Shown piece after piece: positions 28,973 to 38,553 of a stretch of DNA of 64,000 nt. The notes beneath the pieces are model-generated. The model saw nothing but the letters and a program-made list of their open reading frames with translations. It ran no database searches and was not told the origin of the DNA. Within the stretch, counting starts at the first letter, position 1, and every line of letters begins with the position of its first letter. The stretch is from assembly GCA_017963125.1 (NCBI GenBank), contig JAGCUA010000069.1, forward strand, positions 87,723-151,722. The letters are read 5' to 3'. This stretch comes from a bacterium. Its GTDB lineage: Bacteria > UBP6 > UBA1177. The position numbers and the translations under genes are program-made.

Positions 28973-31438
28973 ATGTTCCTGAAAAACAGCAGTAACATCG
29001 CGGTAGTCACTGAAAATTCGGAAATCACATACTCTGATCTGCTCAAAACAGTTGCGTTTTTTTCGGATATCCTCGGAAAACTCGACGGAAAAAGAGTCAT
29101 CATCATAAGCGAGAACAGACCTGAATACATCTATGCGTTTTACGGCATCTGGAAATCTGACGGGATCGTCGTTCCGGTCGATTTCATGAGCACACCCGAA
29201 GAGATAGCATACATAATCAACGACTGCTCGCCGGATGTTATTTTCTTTTCGGAGAAAGTGCGCGAAAACGTTGCAAAGGCGATAGAAATTTCTGGAAAAA
29301 CCGGGATCAGAAAGCTCGTTTTCGAGGAAATAAACGGTGACATTTCCAAATACGAAGCTGCCGATTTCGACGTAGAAGACAAGGAAAAAACGTCACTTAT
29401 AATCTACACTTCCGGAACGACAGGCTCTCCGAAAGGAGTCATGCTTTCGTGCCGCAACATCATGGCGAATATGGATGCGCTTCAGGAATGCGGATACTAC
29501 ACTCAAAACGACATCGTTCTAATGATACTTCCGCTTCACCATGTCTTTCCGCTTTTAGGCACAGTCGTCGCACCGCTTCTCGGCGGCGGAAGAGCAGTGA
29601 TCTGCCCGTCGCTTCAGGCTTCAGACATAGCTAAAATGATGGAAAAAAGCCACCCGACAATGATCCTTGCAGTTCCCAGATTCTACGAAATGCTTATGAA
29701 AGGGATCATGCAGAAGATAAATTCGGGATTTCTCACAAAAGCAATATTCAAGATCGCAAAAATCGCGGACAACACCGCTTTTTCAAAAATGATCTTCAAA
29801 TCGGTCGCGAAAAAGTTCGGCGGAAACATGAAACACTTCATCTGCGGCGGCGCGAAACTCGATCCGGAGGTCTGGAACTGCTTCAAAGTGCTCGGTTTTT
29901 CAATAGGTGACGGCTACGGAATGACCGAAGCGAGCCCGATGATAACATTTCCCCGCCCCGGCAAAGGCAAAGCGGGATGCGTCGGGACCGAACTCTCGAA
30001 AGGAACGGTGAAGATCGTTGACGGTGAGATCGTGGCGACCGGAAAAAACATCATGAAAGGCTACTACAACCGCCCCGAAGAAACTGCCGAAGTTCTGCGC
30101 GACGGCTGGCTTTACACCGGCGATCTCGGCCATTTTGACAAAGAGGGCAACCTCTGCATCACAGGCAGGAAAAAAGAAATAATCATTCTGGGAAACGGCA
30201 AAAACGTAAATCCGACCGAAATAGAGCAGGATATCGAAAGAAGCGATGTTTTGATCAAAGAGATCGCAGTAATTGCTAAAAACGGCGTTCTCTGTGCGAT
30301 CATCAGACCCGATGAAAAAGTGCTTGCAGAGAGGCAGATCCCGAATCTCGAGGAATTCATCCGCTGGGAGATCATCGACAAATACAACTCGACGGCGTCG
30401 CATCACAAAAAGATCCTCGATTTCGTCCTTACCAACCAAGCGCTGCCGAGAACAAGGCTCGACAAAATACAACGCTTCAAACTTGAGGATTTTTTAAAGC
30501 ACAAAGATGAAAAACGGGCCGAAAGCGACATTCCTCAGACGAACGAATACGAAAAAATCGCCGGCTACATCAGAAAAACGACCGAAAAGGATGTTTTTCC
30601 CGATGACCACATCGAAATAGATCTCGGGCTCGACTCTCTCGACAAAATCGAGCTTGCTTCCTTCATAAATTCGGAGTTCGGCATCAAAATCAGCGAAACA
30701 GACATTCAGAATATGGCGACAGTCCGCAAAATAGCTGATTTTACGGCCGAGCGGAGCAGCAGAAAAGCGGAACATGCAAAGCAGGACTGGAAAACGGTCC
30801 TCAGAGAAAACCTCAACAGCATGGAACTCCCGAGAAGCGCGTTTTACCACAGACTGCTCAGATTTTCTCTTGTAAGCGCCGTCAGAACATTCTTCAAAGT
30901 CCGCTTTTACGGCGCGGAAAACATCCCTGGCGGCCCGGTGATCTTCGCGGCAAACCATCAGAGCGTGGTAGATGCCCTTTTCGTGCTTGCAAAAATTCCG
31001 GCAAAAGAGTTCAAACGCACTTACTGCTTCGCCAAAGGCAAGCACTTCAAGCAGTGGTGGCGCAGATATATGGCGAAACGCAACAACATCATAATCATGA
31101 GGGAAAACGAGGAGATCGTCGATTCGATAAAACGGATGGCATCTGTTCTCAAAAAAGGACGCAACATCCTGATTTTCCCGGAAGGGACACGCAGCCGAGA
31201 CGGAAGTCTGAGCGAATTCAAACAGACTTTCACACTTCTCGCATGCGAGATCGGTGTCCCTGTCGTTCCGGTCGCGATCGACGGCGCTTTTGAAGCCTTT
31301 CCTCGAAACAGAAAGTTCCCCCACCCCTTCAAAAAAATCAACGTCTCCTATCTTCCTCCGATAAGCCCTGAAGGAAAAACCCGCGAAGAACTCGCAGAAG
31401 CCGTAAAAAAAGCGATCGAAGAAAAAATCAGGAAATAA
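28973..31438 (+). CDS. tri-domain acyl-AMP ligase / carrier protein / 1-acyl-glycerol-3-phosphate-type acyltransferase
   Basis: 821 aa. AMP-binding motifs IYTSGTTGSPKG, GYGMTE, YTGDLG. PP-binding-like DLGLDSLDKIELAS, with the Ser codon at 30635-30637. PlsC motifs NHQSVVD (H-x4-D, His codon at 30956-30958) and FPEGTRS. Confidence 0.85.
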   Translation: MFLKNSSNIAVVTENSEITYSDLLKTVAFFSDILGKLDGKRVIIISENRPEYIYAFYGIWKSDGIVVPVDFMSTPEEIAYIINDCSPDVIFFSEKVRENVAKAIEISGKTGIRKLVFEEINGDISKYEAADFDVEDKEKTSLIIYTSGTTGSPKGVMLSCRNIMANMDALQECGYYTQNDIVLMILPLHHVFPLLGTVVAPLLGGGRAVICPSLQASDIAKMMEKSHPTMILAVPRFYEMLMKGIMQKINSGFLTKAIFKIAKIADNTAFSKMIFKSVAKKFGGNMKHFICGGAKLDPEVWNCFKVLGFSIGDGYGMTEASPMITFPRPGKGKAGCVGTELSKGTVKIVDGEIVATGKNIMKGYYNRPEETAEVLRDGWLYTGDLGHFDKEGNLCITGRKKEIIILGNGKNVNPTEIEQDIERSDVLIKEIAVIAKNGVLCAIIRPDEKVLAERQIPNLEEFIRWEIIDKYNSTASHHKKILDFVLTNQALPRTRLDKIQRFKLEDFLKHKDEKRAESDIPQTNEYEKIAGYIRKTTEKDVFPDDHIEIDLGLDSLDKIELASFINSEFGIKISETDIQNMATVRKIADFTAERSSRKAEHAKQDWKTVLRENLNSMELPRSAFYHRLLRFSLVSAVRTFFKVRFYGAENIPGGPVIFAANHQSVVDALFVLAKIPAKEFKRTYCFAKGKHFKQWWRRYMAKRNNIIIMRENEEIVDSIKRMASVLKKGRNILIFPEGTRSRDGSLSEFKQTFTLLACEIGVPVVPVAIDGAFEAFPRNRKFPHPFKKINVSYLPPISPEGKTREELAEAVKKAIEEKIRK

Positions 31439-31501
31439 TTAAATTTCTGCTTTTATCCTGAATATTATTGAAGGATTTCGGAAAGAGTTCCGGAGCGCCT
31501 T

Positions 31502-33439
31502 TTACTTTTTGAGGATCCTCATTGCGTTGAGGACTGCTATCACGGTGACGCCGACATCACCGAAAACCGCTTCCCACATTCCGGCGATTCCCAAAGCTCC
31601 GAGAACAAGAAAAACTCCTTTTATTCCGAGAGCTAAGGCGATATTCTGGATGACGATGCTTTTTGTCGCTTTTGCAACATCTATAGCTTCGAGAAGTTTT
31701 GAAGGTTCGTCCGTCATGAGGACTACATCGGCCGCTTCTATTGCAGCGTCGGAGCCGAGACCTCCCATGGCGATACCGACATCGGCTCTTGCCAAAACAG
31801 GTGCGTCGTTTATTCCGTCGCCGACGAATGCGAGTTTGCCTTTTCCCTCACTCTTTTTCTCTAAGATCTCGATTTTTTCGACTTTTTCTCCGGGAAGAAG
31901 CTGCGCATAGTATTCATCGATCTTCAGTTTCTCTGCTACGGTCTGCGCGATTTTTTCGTCATCGCCCGTGAGCATTGCGATTTTTTTCACACCGAGTTCT
32001 TTCAGACCAGATACCGCTTTTGGGCTGTCTTCCTTGATTTCGTCGCTTATCAGAATGCAGCCGGCATAGCGTCCATCCGTTGCGACATAGACTTTTGTTC
32101 CTGTTTCGTCACACGGCTGAAAGGAGATTTTTTCATCTTTCATAAGTTCTGCATTGCCGGCGAGGACTTTTTCGCCGCTGAATACCGCACTGATGCCGCG
32201 CCCGGGGATTTCCTGATGAGCGGAAACGAGCCCGTTTCCGATTTCTTTTCCGTAAGCCGCAGAGATTGATTTTGCAATAGGATGGTTGGAAAAATATTCG
32301 GCAGCGGAGGCGTATTCAAGCATTTTTTCTTTGGTAAAGCCCTCTGCCGGAATGATTTCCGTGACATTGAAAACTCCTTTGGTGAGAGTTCCCGTTTTAT
32401 CGAAAACAACGGTTTTGAGATTGTCGAGCGCTTCGAGGTAGTTGCCTCCTTTCACAAGCACGCCGTGTTTTGAAGCGGCTCCGATGCCTCCGAAAAATGT
32501 GAGCGGGATCGAAATCACAAGTGCGCAGGGACATGACACAACAAGGAAAACAAACCCTCTGTGGATCCAGTCGGTCCATTCCCCTCCCAGAAGAAGCGGA
32601 GGAAGCACAGCCAAGAGTGCTGCTAGAACAACGACCGCCGGAGTGTAGTAACCAGCGAATTTTGTTATGAAATTTTCCGTTTTTGCTTTTCTTTCCGATG
32701 CGTTTTCTACAAGCTCTATGATTTTGGAAACAGTCGATTCTCCGAAAATTTTAGTCGTTCTGATCGTCAGAGTGCCGCTCTGATTTACGCATCCCGAAAG
32801 GACTTCGTCGCCTTCGCGGACACTTTTGGGGACCGATTCTCCGGTCAGAGCCTTCGTGTCAAGCATCGAGTTTCCTTCAAGTACGATGCCGTCAAGAGGG
32901 ATCTTTTCGCCCGGTTTCACGATGATCGTCTCTCCCAAAGCGACATTTTCGGGAGAAACAGTCTCTGAAATGCCGTTTCTCAGCACTGTAGCGTGGTCGG
33001 GACGGATATCCATGAGTTCTGAAATCGATTCTTTCGAGTGTTTCACTGCGAGCGACTGGAAAAATTCTCCTATCTGGTAAAAAAGCATGACCGCGACAGC
33101 CTCGGGATATTCGCCGATAACAAAAGCTCCGACAGTGGAGATCGTCATCAGAAAATTTTCATCGAAGACTTGTCCGTGAGCGATATTTTCAACTGCTTCA
33201 ATGACGACATCGTAACCGAGAATGATGTATGCCGCTATCAGGAAACCCAGTTCGATGTGCAGCGGAACATCTGCCGCAAAAGCAAGAATAAGCCCTGCAA
33301 GATAGACAAGAGCTCCGATAGAGAGGCGTAAAATCAGTTTTTTGCCGCCTGAATGTTCATGCTCGTGATGATGGTCACAGGCGTGACAGCAGCGGCATCC
33401 GTGTTCACAAGATTCGTGTTCGTGATGTTCGTGTGCCAT
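31502..33439 (-). CDS. P1B-type heavy-metal ATPase (Zn/Cd/Pb class)
   Basis: SCPCALV (CPC), DKTGTLT, SNHP, GDGINDAP. TM7 Lys and TM8 GDVG (DxG) fit the P1B-2 class. The N-terminus MAHEHHEHESCEHGCRCCHACDHHHEHEH is His/Cys-rich rather than an HMA fold. Confidence 0.88.
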   Translation of the reverse strand: MAHEHHEHESCEHGCRCCHACDHHHEHEHSGGKKLILRLSIGALVYLAGLILAFAADVPLHIELGFLIAAYIILGYDVVIEAVENIAHGQVFDENFLMTISTVGAFVIGEYPEAVAVMLFYQIGEFFQSLAVKHSKESISELMDIRPDHATVLRNGISETVSPENVALGETIIVKPGEKIPLDGIVLEGNSMLDTKALTGESVPKSVREGDEVLSGCVNQSGTLTIRTTKIFGESTVSKIIELVENASERKAKTENFITKFAGYYTPAVVVLAALLAVLPPLLLGGEWTDWIHRGFVFLVVSCPCALVISIPLTFFGGIGAASKHGVLVKGGNYLEALDNLKTVVFDKTGTLTKGVFNVTEIIPAEGFTKEKMLEYASAAEYFSNHPIAKSISAAYGKEIGNGLVSAHQEIPGRGISAVFSGEKVLAGNAELMKDEKISFQPCDETGTKVYVATDGRYAGCILISDEIKEDSPKAVSGLKELGVKKIAMLTGDDEKIAQTVAEKLKIDEYYAQLLPGEKVEKIEILEKKSEGKGKLAFVGDGINDAPVLARADVGIAMGGLGSDAAIEAADVVLMTDEPSKLLEAIDVAKATKSIVIQNIALALGIKGVFLVLGALGIAGMWEAVFGDVGVTVIAVLNAMRILKK

Positions 33440-33452
33440 AACTGCCTCCTGA

Positions 33453-33836
33453 TCAATGCGTTTCCCGGTAGTCCGGCATCAGTTCTTCGAGATGCTCAAA
33501 GCCGGTATCGATAATTTTTTTAACATGGTCGTCAGCAAGCGAGTAGTAGACGATCTGCGCCTCGCGCCGGAATTTCACAAGTCCAGCAAGACGCAAAGCC
33601 TTGAGCTGGTGCGAAACCGCCGATTTTGTGAGCCCTAACAGCACGGCGATGTCGCAGACACACATTTCGCTCTGTTCGAGAGCATGCAGGATCTTGACTC
33701 TCGTATAGTCGCCGAAAAGCTGCATCAGATCCGCCAGGTTCAAGTATTCATCATCTGACACCATTTTTGATCTGACATCATTCACAATGTTTTCGTGTAT
33801 CACATTGCAAGTGCACAAAGACTCCGAATCTACCAT
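33453..33836 (-). CDS. ArsR/SmtB-family metalloregulator (CadC/CzrA-like)
   Basis: EMCVCDIAVLLGLTKSAVSHQLKALR (wHTH with a CVC). N-terminal LCTC gives an alpha3N-type thiolate site. C-terminal DDH-x10-H-x2-E fits the alpha5 site DxHx10Hx2E. Confidence 0.88.
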   Translation of the reverse strand: MVDSESLCTCNVIHENIVNDVRSKMVSDDEYLNLADLMQLFGDYTRVKILHALEQSEMCVCDIAVLLGLTKSAVSHQLKALRLAGLVKFRREAQIVYYSLADDHVKKIIDTGFEHLEELMPDYRETH

Positions 33837-33854
33837 TTGAGACCTCCTCGTTTA

Positions 33855-33907
33855 TTAGTTGAACAAATGAACAACTAATCATTACTCCTTAAAAAGAGTT
33901 TTGTCAA
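33855..33907 (-). promoter_or_regulatory. promoter plus ArsR-type operator of the metal-resistance operon
   Basis: Minus strand reads TTGACA (33907-33902), a 17-nt spacer, then TAATGA (33884-33879). The imperfect dyad TTAGTTGTTCATTTGTTCAACTAA (33878-33855) follows immediately. It contains TGAACA/TGTTCA half-sites like known SmtB/CzrA operators. Confidence 0.55.
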
Positions 33908-33973
33908 GATGGAAATGAAGTTTTTTTGCAAAATGCGATGCTTCTTTTCCTGATTGCGGATTTAGCAAGAAAG

Positions 33974-33999
33974 TTAGGAATATAGCACAAAATTCCTAA
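33974..33999 (-). terminator. hairpin downstream of the long minus-strand gene array
   Basis: Perfect 8-bp stem TTAGGAAT/ATTCCTAA with a 10-nt loop, 43 nt after the Wza-like stop. On the minus strand it is followed only by a weak CTTTCTT tract. Confidence 0.35.
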
Positions 34000-34041
34000 G
34001 TCGCGGCAAAATAATTATCCGGCGCAATTTTTTAAGAGTTC

Positions 34042-35064
34042 TTACTTTGTCCAGGCGTTAAAAAGAAGAGTTCCTGTGTAAAGAAGCGAGAATGTCGGTG
34101 CGATCTGCTGGATTATGCGGTTGTAGCTGACTAGAGCCATCGTGGCGACATAAACTCTGTCGCCCGGCATCAGGCGCACCAGACCTGCCTTTCCGGTCAT
34201 AATATCATCAAAGTGGAACTGAATCAAAAGATGTTTGCCGCCGTTCTGACGAATCATATAGATCCTTCCGTCAGCAGCATTAGGCTGAACAAGGCCGCCG
34301 GCATCGGCAACAAGGTCGATCATCGTGTAGTTACTGCCGGTCATTTCAAACGCACCGGGATGCTGGACTTCGCCTAAGATATAGACTCTGTTTGCCGAAG
34401 GAGCCGGAACATAAAACGTGTCACCGTCTTTCAGGTAATATTTTGAAAAGTCACGAGCACCTGTCGCGATCTCGCTCACGCTTATAGGAAGGACTGTTTC
34501 GCCGCGTTTTAAATAGACGAACTCAACCGAACTTTTTTCAGAAGTCGATACCGGGACCATTCCCGTAACAGCTTCAAGCAGGTTCGTATTGACCTTTATC
34601 GGATTTTTACCGGCATTTTTAACGTTGCCGACAACGTAGTAGAATTTGCTTTCGTATTTGACGATGTCGAACATTATGTGAGGATCTTTGATGAACTTCG
34701 AATAGCCTTCTTCAAGTTTTTCCACGATCTCCTTTCTGGTGAGCCCTGCGATTTTGACCTGCTTCAGAAGCGGGATATTGATTTCGCCGTTTTCATCGAC
34801 TGCATGACCGAAGATCTCGCCCAAAGCAGTTGACTGAGTGCTGTCCTGCGGGTTTCCGTAGATCGTGATTTTTATTTCGTCGCCGACTCCGACAGTGTAG
34901 CTCATATCACTCTCGGCAAACTCCTTGAACTCCTCTTCAAAATTCATCTCCTCGATTTTGAACTCCTCTTCGGGGACATCAGCAAATTTCCTGGCTCCGG
35001 AATATGCACACGAACTTATGAGGAAAAGGATCGCGAAAAAAATCAGTGAATGTTTAAAAGCCAT
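34042..35064 (-). CDS. polysaccharide export outer-membrane lipoprotein (Wza-like, Poly_export + SLBB)
   Basis: Lipobox FLISSC. YTVGVGDEIKITIYGNP Poly_export motif. Repeated SLBB-like GDTFYVP / GDRVYV segments. Confidence 0.75.
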   Translation of the reverse strand: MAFKHSLIFFAILFLISSCAYSGARKFADVPEEEFKIEEMNFEEEFKEFAESDMSYTVGVGDEIKITIYGNPQDSTQSTALGEIFGHAVDENGEINIPLLKQVKIAGLTRKEIVEKLEEGYSKFIKDPHIMFDIVKYESKFYYVVGNVKNAGKNPIKVNTNLLEAVTGMVPVSTSEKSSVEFVYLKRGETVLPISVSEIATGARDFSKYYLKDGDTFYVPAPSANRVYILGEVQHPGAFEMTGSNYTMIDLVADAGGLVQPNAADGRIYMIRQNGGKHLLIQFHFDDIMTGKAGLVRLMPGDRVYVATMALVSYNRIIQQIAPTFSLLYTGTLLFNAWTK

Positions 35065-35408
35065 ATCCCACCTATTATCATAAAAAGTCCGCCGAACTGA
35101 ACTGCACTCAGTTTCTCCTGAAACACAAAAAGCGACCAGAGTGTCACGATTATGAGACCGCAGGAAGTCATCATCGGATAAGCTATCGAAAGGTTGAATT
35201 TTTCAAGTGCCTTCGTGTAAAAAACGAGCGCTATTCCGAAAAAAGCTATGCCTGACATCAGCTTGAAATTGGTGATGTAGCTGAGCACGAAAGGAATGAT
35301 GCCGTCACTCAGCTTTACCGGTTCCGCCATGACTCCGGCTTTCATGAAAATGTTGGCTCCGGCGTTGAAAACTATCGCCAGAATAAGAAAAATCACGCTT
35401 GCACTCAT
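35043..35408 (-). CDS. small 4-TM transporter of the SMR/DMT (EamA half-size, ArnE/F-like) type
   Basis: 121 aa with four hydrophobic helices. Overlaps both neighbours: 4 nt upstream and 22 nt downstream. Confidence 0.55.
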   Translation of the reverse strand: MSASVIFLILAIVFNAGANIFMKAGVMAEPVKLSDGIIPFVLSYITNFKLMSGIAFFGIALVFYTKALEKFNLSIAYPMMTSCGLIIVTLWSLFVFQEKLSAVQFGGLFMIIGGIWLLNIH

Positions 35409-36379
35409 AATGCCTTTATTTTTTCAACTATTGCCGGCCAGCATTCATCGGGTATCTTTGCCCCGATTTTTTCGATTACGCATGCCGCGAGTATCGTTCC
35501 TGCCATTGCGCTTTTTTCAAGAGAGAGTCCGTTGACATAACCGTAAAGGAAGCCTGATGCGTAAAGATCTCCGGCTCCGGTAGTATCAACGCGTTTTGCA
35601 TCGACCGGAGGGATCGGCAACAGATCTTTGCCGCATGCGACTAAAGATCCTTTCGGACCTGTCTTGACGACTGCGATTTTGCACATTTCGGCGATTTTAA
35701 GAGCGCTTTCTTCAGCCGGAAGACCTGTGAAGGAACGCGCCTCCTCCTCGTTTGCGAAAACTATATCGACATATCTTGAAACTATCGACTGCAGGAATCC
35801 GAGATTTTCGACAACGACATTGAAACTTGCAAGATCGAGCGAAGTCGTGAGCCCGGCCTCTTTTGCAAGAACGAGCGATCTTTCGATCAGATCGTGATCC
35901 TGAACAAGGTATCCTTCGACGTGGAAAAGATCGTGTCCTTTGAAAAGATCGACACTGAGTTCATCTGCTGCAAGTTTTACCGCCGAACCGAGATAAGTCG
36001 CGAAAGTCCTCTCCGAATCAGGCGTGATGAGAGCTATCGCCCTGCCCGTCTGAGGCTCGTCGCGGAAAAGGATCGGACGGATCGAAGAAGCAAGCATATC
36101 TTTTTCAAAAATCGAACCAAATTCGTCGTCGCTTACCTTGCCGATGAAGGAAGTCTCTACTCCGAGTTTTGCAAGACCGTGGATCGTGTTTGAGGCACTG
36201 CCGCCGCTTACGAGCGAGAAATCGAGATTTTCAACAGTTTTCAGAACTCTTTCGCTGAATGCGAGATCAACAAGCTGCATACTTCCCTTCGCAAGTCCGA
36301 GTTCCGTTAAAACAGAATCGCCGGGCAAAGTTACAAGAATATCAAGCAGAGCATTTCCCATGCCGAGGATTTTTTTCAT
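35405..36379 (-). CDS. PfkB-family carbohydrate/nucleoside kinase (adenosine-kinase-like)
   Basis: 324 aa. N-terminal ILGMGNALLDI and C-terminal DTTGAGDLYASGFLYG signature. Confidence 0.8.
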   Translation of the reverse strand: MKKILGMGNALLDILVTLPGDSVLTELGLAKGSMQLVDLAFSERVLKTVENLDFSLVSGGSASNTIHGLAKLGVETSFIGKVSDDEFGSIFEKDMLASSIRPILFRDEPQTGRAIALITPDSERTFATYLGSAVKLAADELSVDLFKGHDLFHVEGYLVQDHDLIERSLVLAKEAGLTTSLDLASFNVVVENLGFLQSIVSRYVDIVFANEEEARSFTGLPAEESALKIAEMCKIAVVKTGPKGSLVACGKDLLPIPPVDAKRVDTTGAGDLYASGFLYGYVNGLSLEKSAMAGTILAACVIEKIGAKIPDECWPAIVEKIKAL

Positions 36380-36409
36380 ATTTGATACCTTTGAATTTTA
36401 TTGAAAGAA

Positions 36410-37966
36410 TTACTTGTTATAAATTTTTATGCGGCCGGTTTGCGTTTTTGCGAAAGTTCCCTTCGCCTTCATATAGTCGACAAGGATCGAAGAAAGAAGA
36501 TAAGCCGTGTCTTTCTTTGATTTGATCTCTTTGAGCATAGCGTAGCCGTCTCCGCCGTTTGCGATAAACGAGTTGAGGGCAACTTTGTATTTTTTGCCCT
36601 TTTCGAGCGGTTTGCCTGCTACTTTGACATCAAGAGCATCACCTTTCAAAATCTTCATTTCGATACCGGAAACCTGAAGGAAGCCGCCTGCACCAATTCC
36701 TTTCTGAGCAAAGAAATCAAGAACATCCTGAATCTGAGCACCGGTAAGTTCGGCAGTGTAAACCGTATCCTGGAACGGGAAAATGCTGTAAATGTCTTTT
36801 TCGGTTACGGCACCTTTCTTGAGTGACTGTCTGATACTTCCGCCGTTAAGAAGAGCGATGTCGGCTTTTGTCTTTTCACGCATGATATCGGTGATTATGT
36901 CGCCGAGCTCGACCTCTTTCTTTCTTGCGATATCGTCTGCACCTTCGAGATCTCTGTCGATCGTTCCGATCTGTTTGGTCGAAAATTCGCATTTAAAACC
37001 GTTGAGCATATCGACCATAGCCTTGTTTTCTTTGATTTCTTCACCGACAAATTTGTAGCCTTTATCACTCTTTTCCTTGAGGTTGATCGGATAAAGTTTG
37101 TATTCGGTCTTTACGATTTTTGTTCCCTGGAAATAGAAGTCGATCCTGCCGACCCATTTGCCGAGACCTTCAGTCTGGACGATGTATGTGTCGCCGATTT
37201 TTACCGGGCTTGCAAGCTGTCTCTGGGTGTGGCCGCCGACGATAAGATCGATGCCCTGAACTGCTTTTGCGAGGTAGTTGTCACCTTCGTAGCCGTCAAA
37301 ACTTTTGTCGCTGTCGTAGAAACCGAGGTGGCTGAGAACGATAATGACATCGTTTTTCTTCTTCAAAATCGGGACCCACATTTTTGCGGTTTCGATCGGA
37401 TCGCTCATTGTAAGATTTCCCTTGATGCCCTGGCTCGAAATGTTTTCAGTCTCTCTTGTCGTAAGACCGAGAACTGCGACCTTGAGTCCGTCATCCATCT
37501 TCTTTTCGATGTAGTTTTTGCCGATCGACTCTTCTCCGCCTTCTTTATACATATTTGCGCTGAGGAACGGGAATTTCGCCGTTTCCTGCATTTTTTTGAA
37601 AGCGTCGAAACCGAAGTCGAATTCGTGGTTTCCTATAGTCATTGCGTCGTAACCGACAAGGTTCATACCTTCTACCATCGGGATATTTTCGCAGATATTG
37701 CTTCTCGGATCGCCGAGCGTGATGTCACCGGCACTGAGAACGAGAACGCTTCCGCCTTTGCCCTGAACTTCGGCTCTGATGTTGTCGACCAGAGTCTTCT
37801 GAGCAGCAAGACCGCCGATTCCCGGATTGTGCGGCTCGTCGAATTTCCAAGCCATACCGTGTCCGTCATTGGTAAAAATGACCGTAAGCAGACGATCTTT
37901 GTTATCTGCGCCAAAAACCGTCAGAACTGAAAGAATGCAAAAAACAGCAACGAGAAATTTTCTCAT
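36410..37966 (-). CDS. secreted 5'-nucleotidase / metallophosphatase (second paralogue)
   Basis: Signal peptide MRKFLVAVFCILSVLTVFG. NDGHG, SAGDITLGD, GNHEFDFG motifs and a 5'-nucleotidase C-terminal domain. Confidence 0.85.
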   Translation of the reverse strand: MRKFLVAVFCILSVLTVFGADNKDRLLTVIFTNDGHGMAWKFDEPHNPGIGGLAAQKTLVDNIRAEVQGKGGSVLVLSAGDITLGDPRSNICENIPMVEGMNLVGYDAMTIGNHEFDFGFDAFKKMQETAKFPFLSANMYKEGGEESIGKNYIEKKMDDGLKVAVLGLTTRETENISSQGIKGNLTMSDPIETAKMWVPILKKKNDVIIVLSHLGFYDSDKSFDGYEGDNYLAKAVQGIDLIVGGHTQRQLASPVKIGDTYIVQTEGLGKWVGRIDFYFQGTKIVKTEYKLYPINLKEKSDKGYKFVGEEIKENKAMVDMLNGFKCEFSTKQIGTIDRDLEGADDIARKKEVELGDIITDIMREKTKADIALLNGGSIRQSLKKGAVTEKDIYSIFPFQDTVYTAELTGAQIQDVLDFFAQKGIGAGGFLQVSGIEMKILKGDALDVKVAGKPLEKGKKYKVALNSFIANGGDGYAMLKEIKSKKDTAYLLSSILVDYMKAKGTFAKTQTGRIKIYNK

Positions 37967-38553
37967 TTTAATCCCCCTGATTTATCAAATGTTAAACTTT
38001 CGATGATCCGTTTCATATCGGACGAAGAATATATTGAATCTTTTGAAGAAGTCAAATAGTTGCGCGCATATCTTGCATAATTCTGCGCCGATTTTTTCAA
38101 GCCCTCGATCTCTTCCGCCGTCACTTCGCGCTTTATTTTGGCCGGATTGCCCGCTACGAGAACGCCTTCCGGTATCTCCGTGCCGCCTAAAAGGACTGAA
38201 TTTGCTGCAATTATCGAGTTTTTTCCGATCTTGCAGCCGTCAAGGACGACAGCTCCCATGCCAATGAGAACATTTTCGGCTACTATCGAACCGTGTATAA
38301 CCGCGTTGTGACCGACAGTAACATCGTCGCCGATGACCGTAGGATAAAGCGCCGTCGTGACGTGGATCGTAGCGTTGTCCTGAATGTTGGTCCTTTTTCC
38401 GATCTTTATGCTGTTGACATCGCCGCGGACGACTGCGCCGAACCAGACACTGCTCTCTGCACCGAGTTCGACTTCACCGATAACGTCTGCGGTTTTGAAA
38501 ACGACCGCTTCGGGATCGATATTCGGAATCTTATCAAGATAGTTTGTTATCAT
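37963..38553 (-). CDS. gamma-carbonic-anhydrase-like left-handed beta-helix protein (YrdA/PaaY family)
   Basis: Start MITNYLDKIPNIDPEA after GGAG; the track ORF is extended by 20 codons. Hexapeptide repeats with conserved His positions (ATIHVT, VGHNAVIHGS). Confidence 0.75.
   Translation of the reverse strand: MITNYLDKIPNIDPEAVVFKTADVIGEVELGAESSVWFGAVVRGDVNSIKIGKRTNIQDNATIHVTTALYPTVIGDDVTVGHNAVIHGSIVAENVLIGMGAVVLDGCKIGKNSIIAANSVLLGGTEIPEGVLVAGNPAKIKREVTAEEIEGLKKSAQNYARYARNYLTSSKDSIYSSSDMKRIIESLTFDKSGGLK

Noticed and set aside
33909-33953. 14-codon Cys-containing mini-ORF (MEMKFFCKMRCFFS) divergent from the ArsR-type regulator.
   Set aside because: It has no Shine-Dalgarno and is very short. 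It overlaps the -35 region of the arsR-type promoter and is most likely chance.
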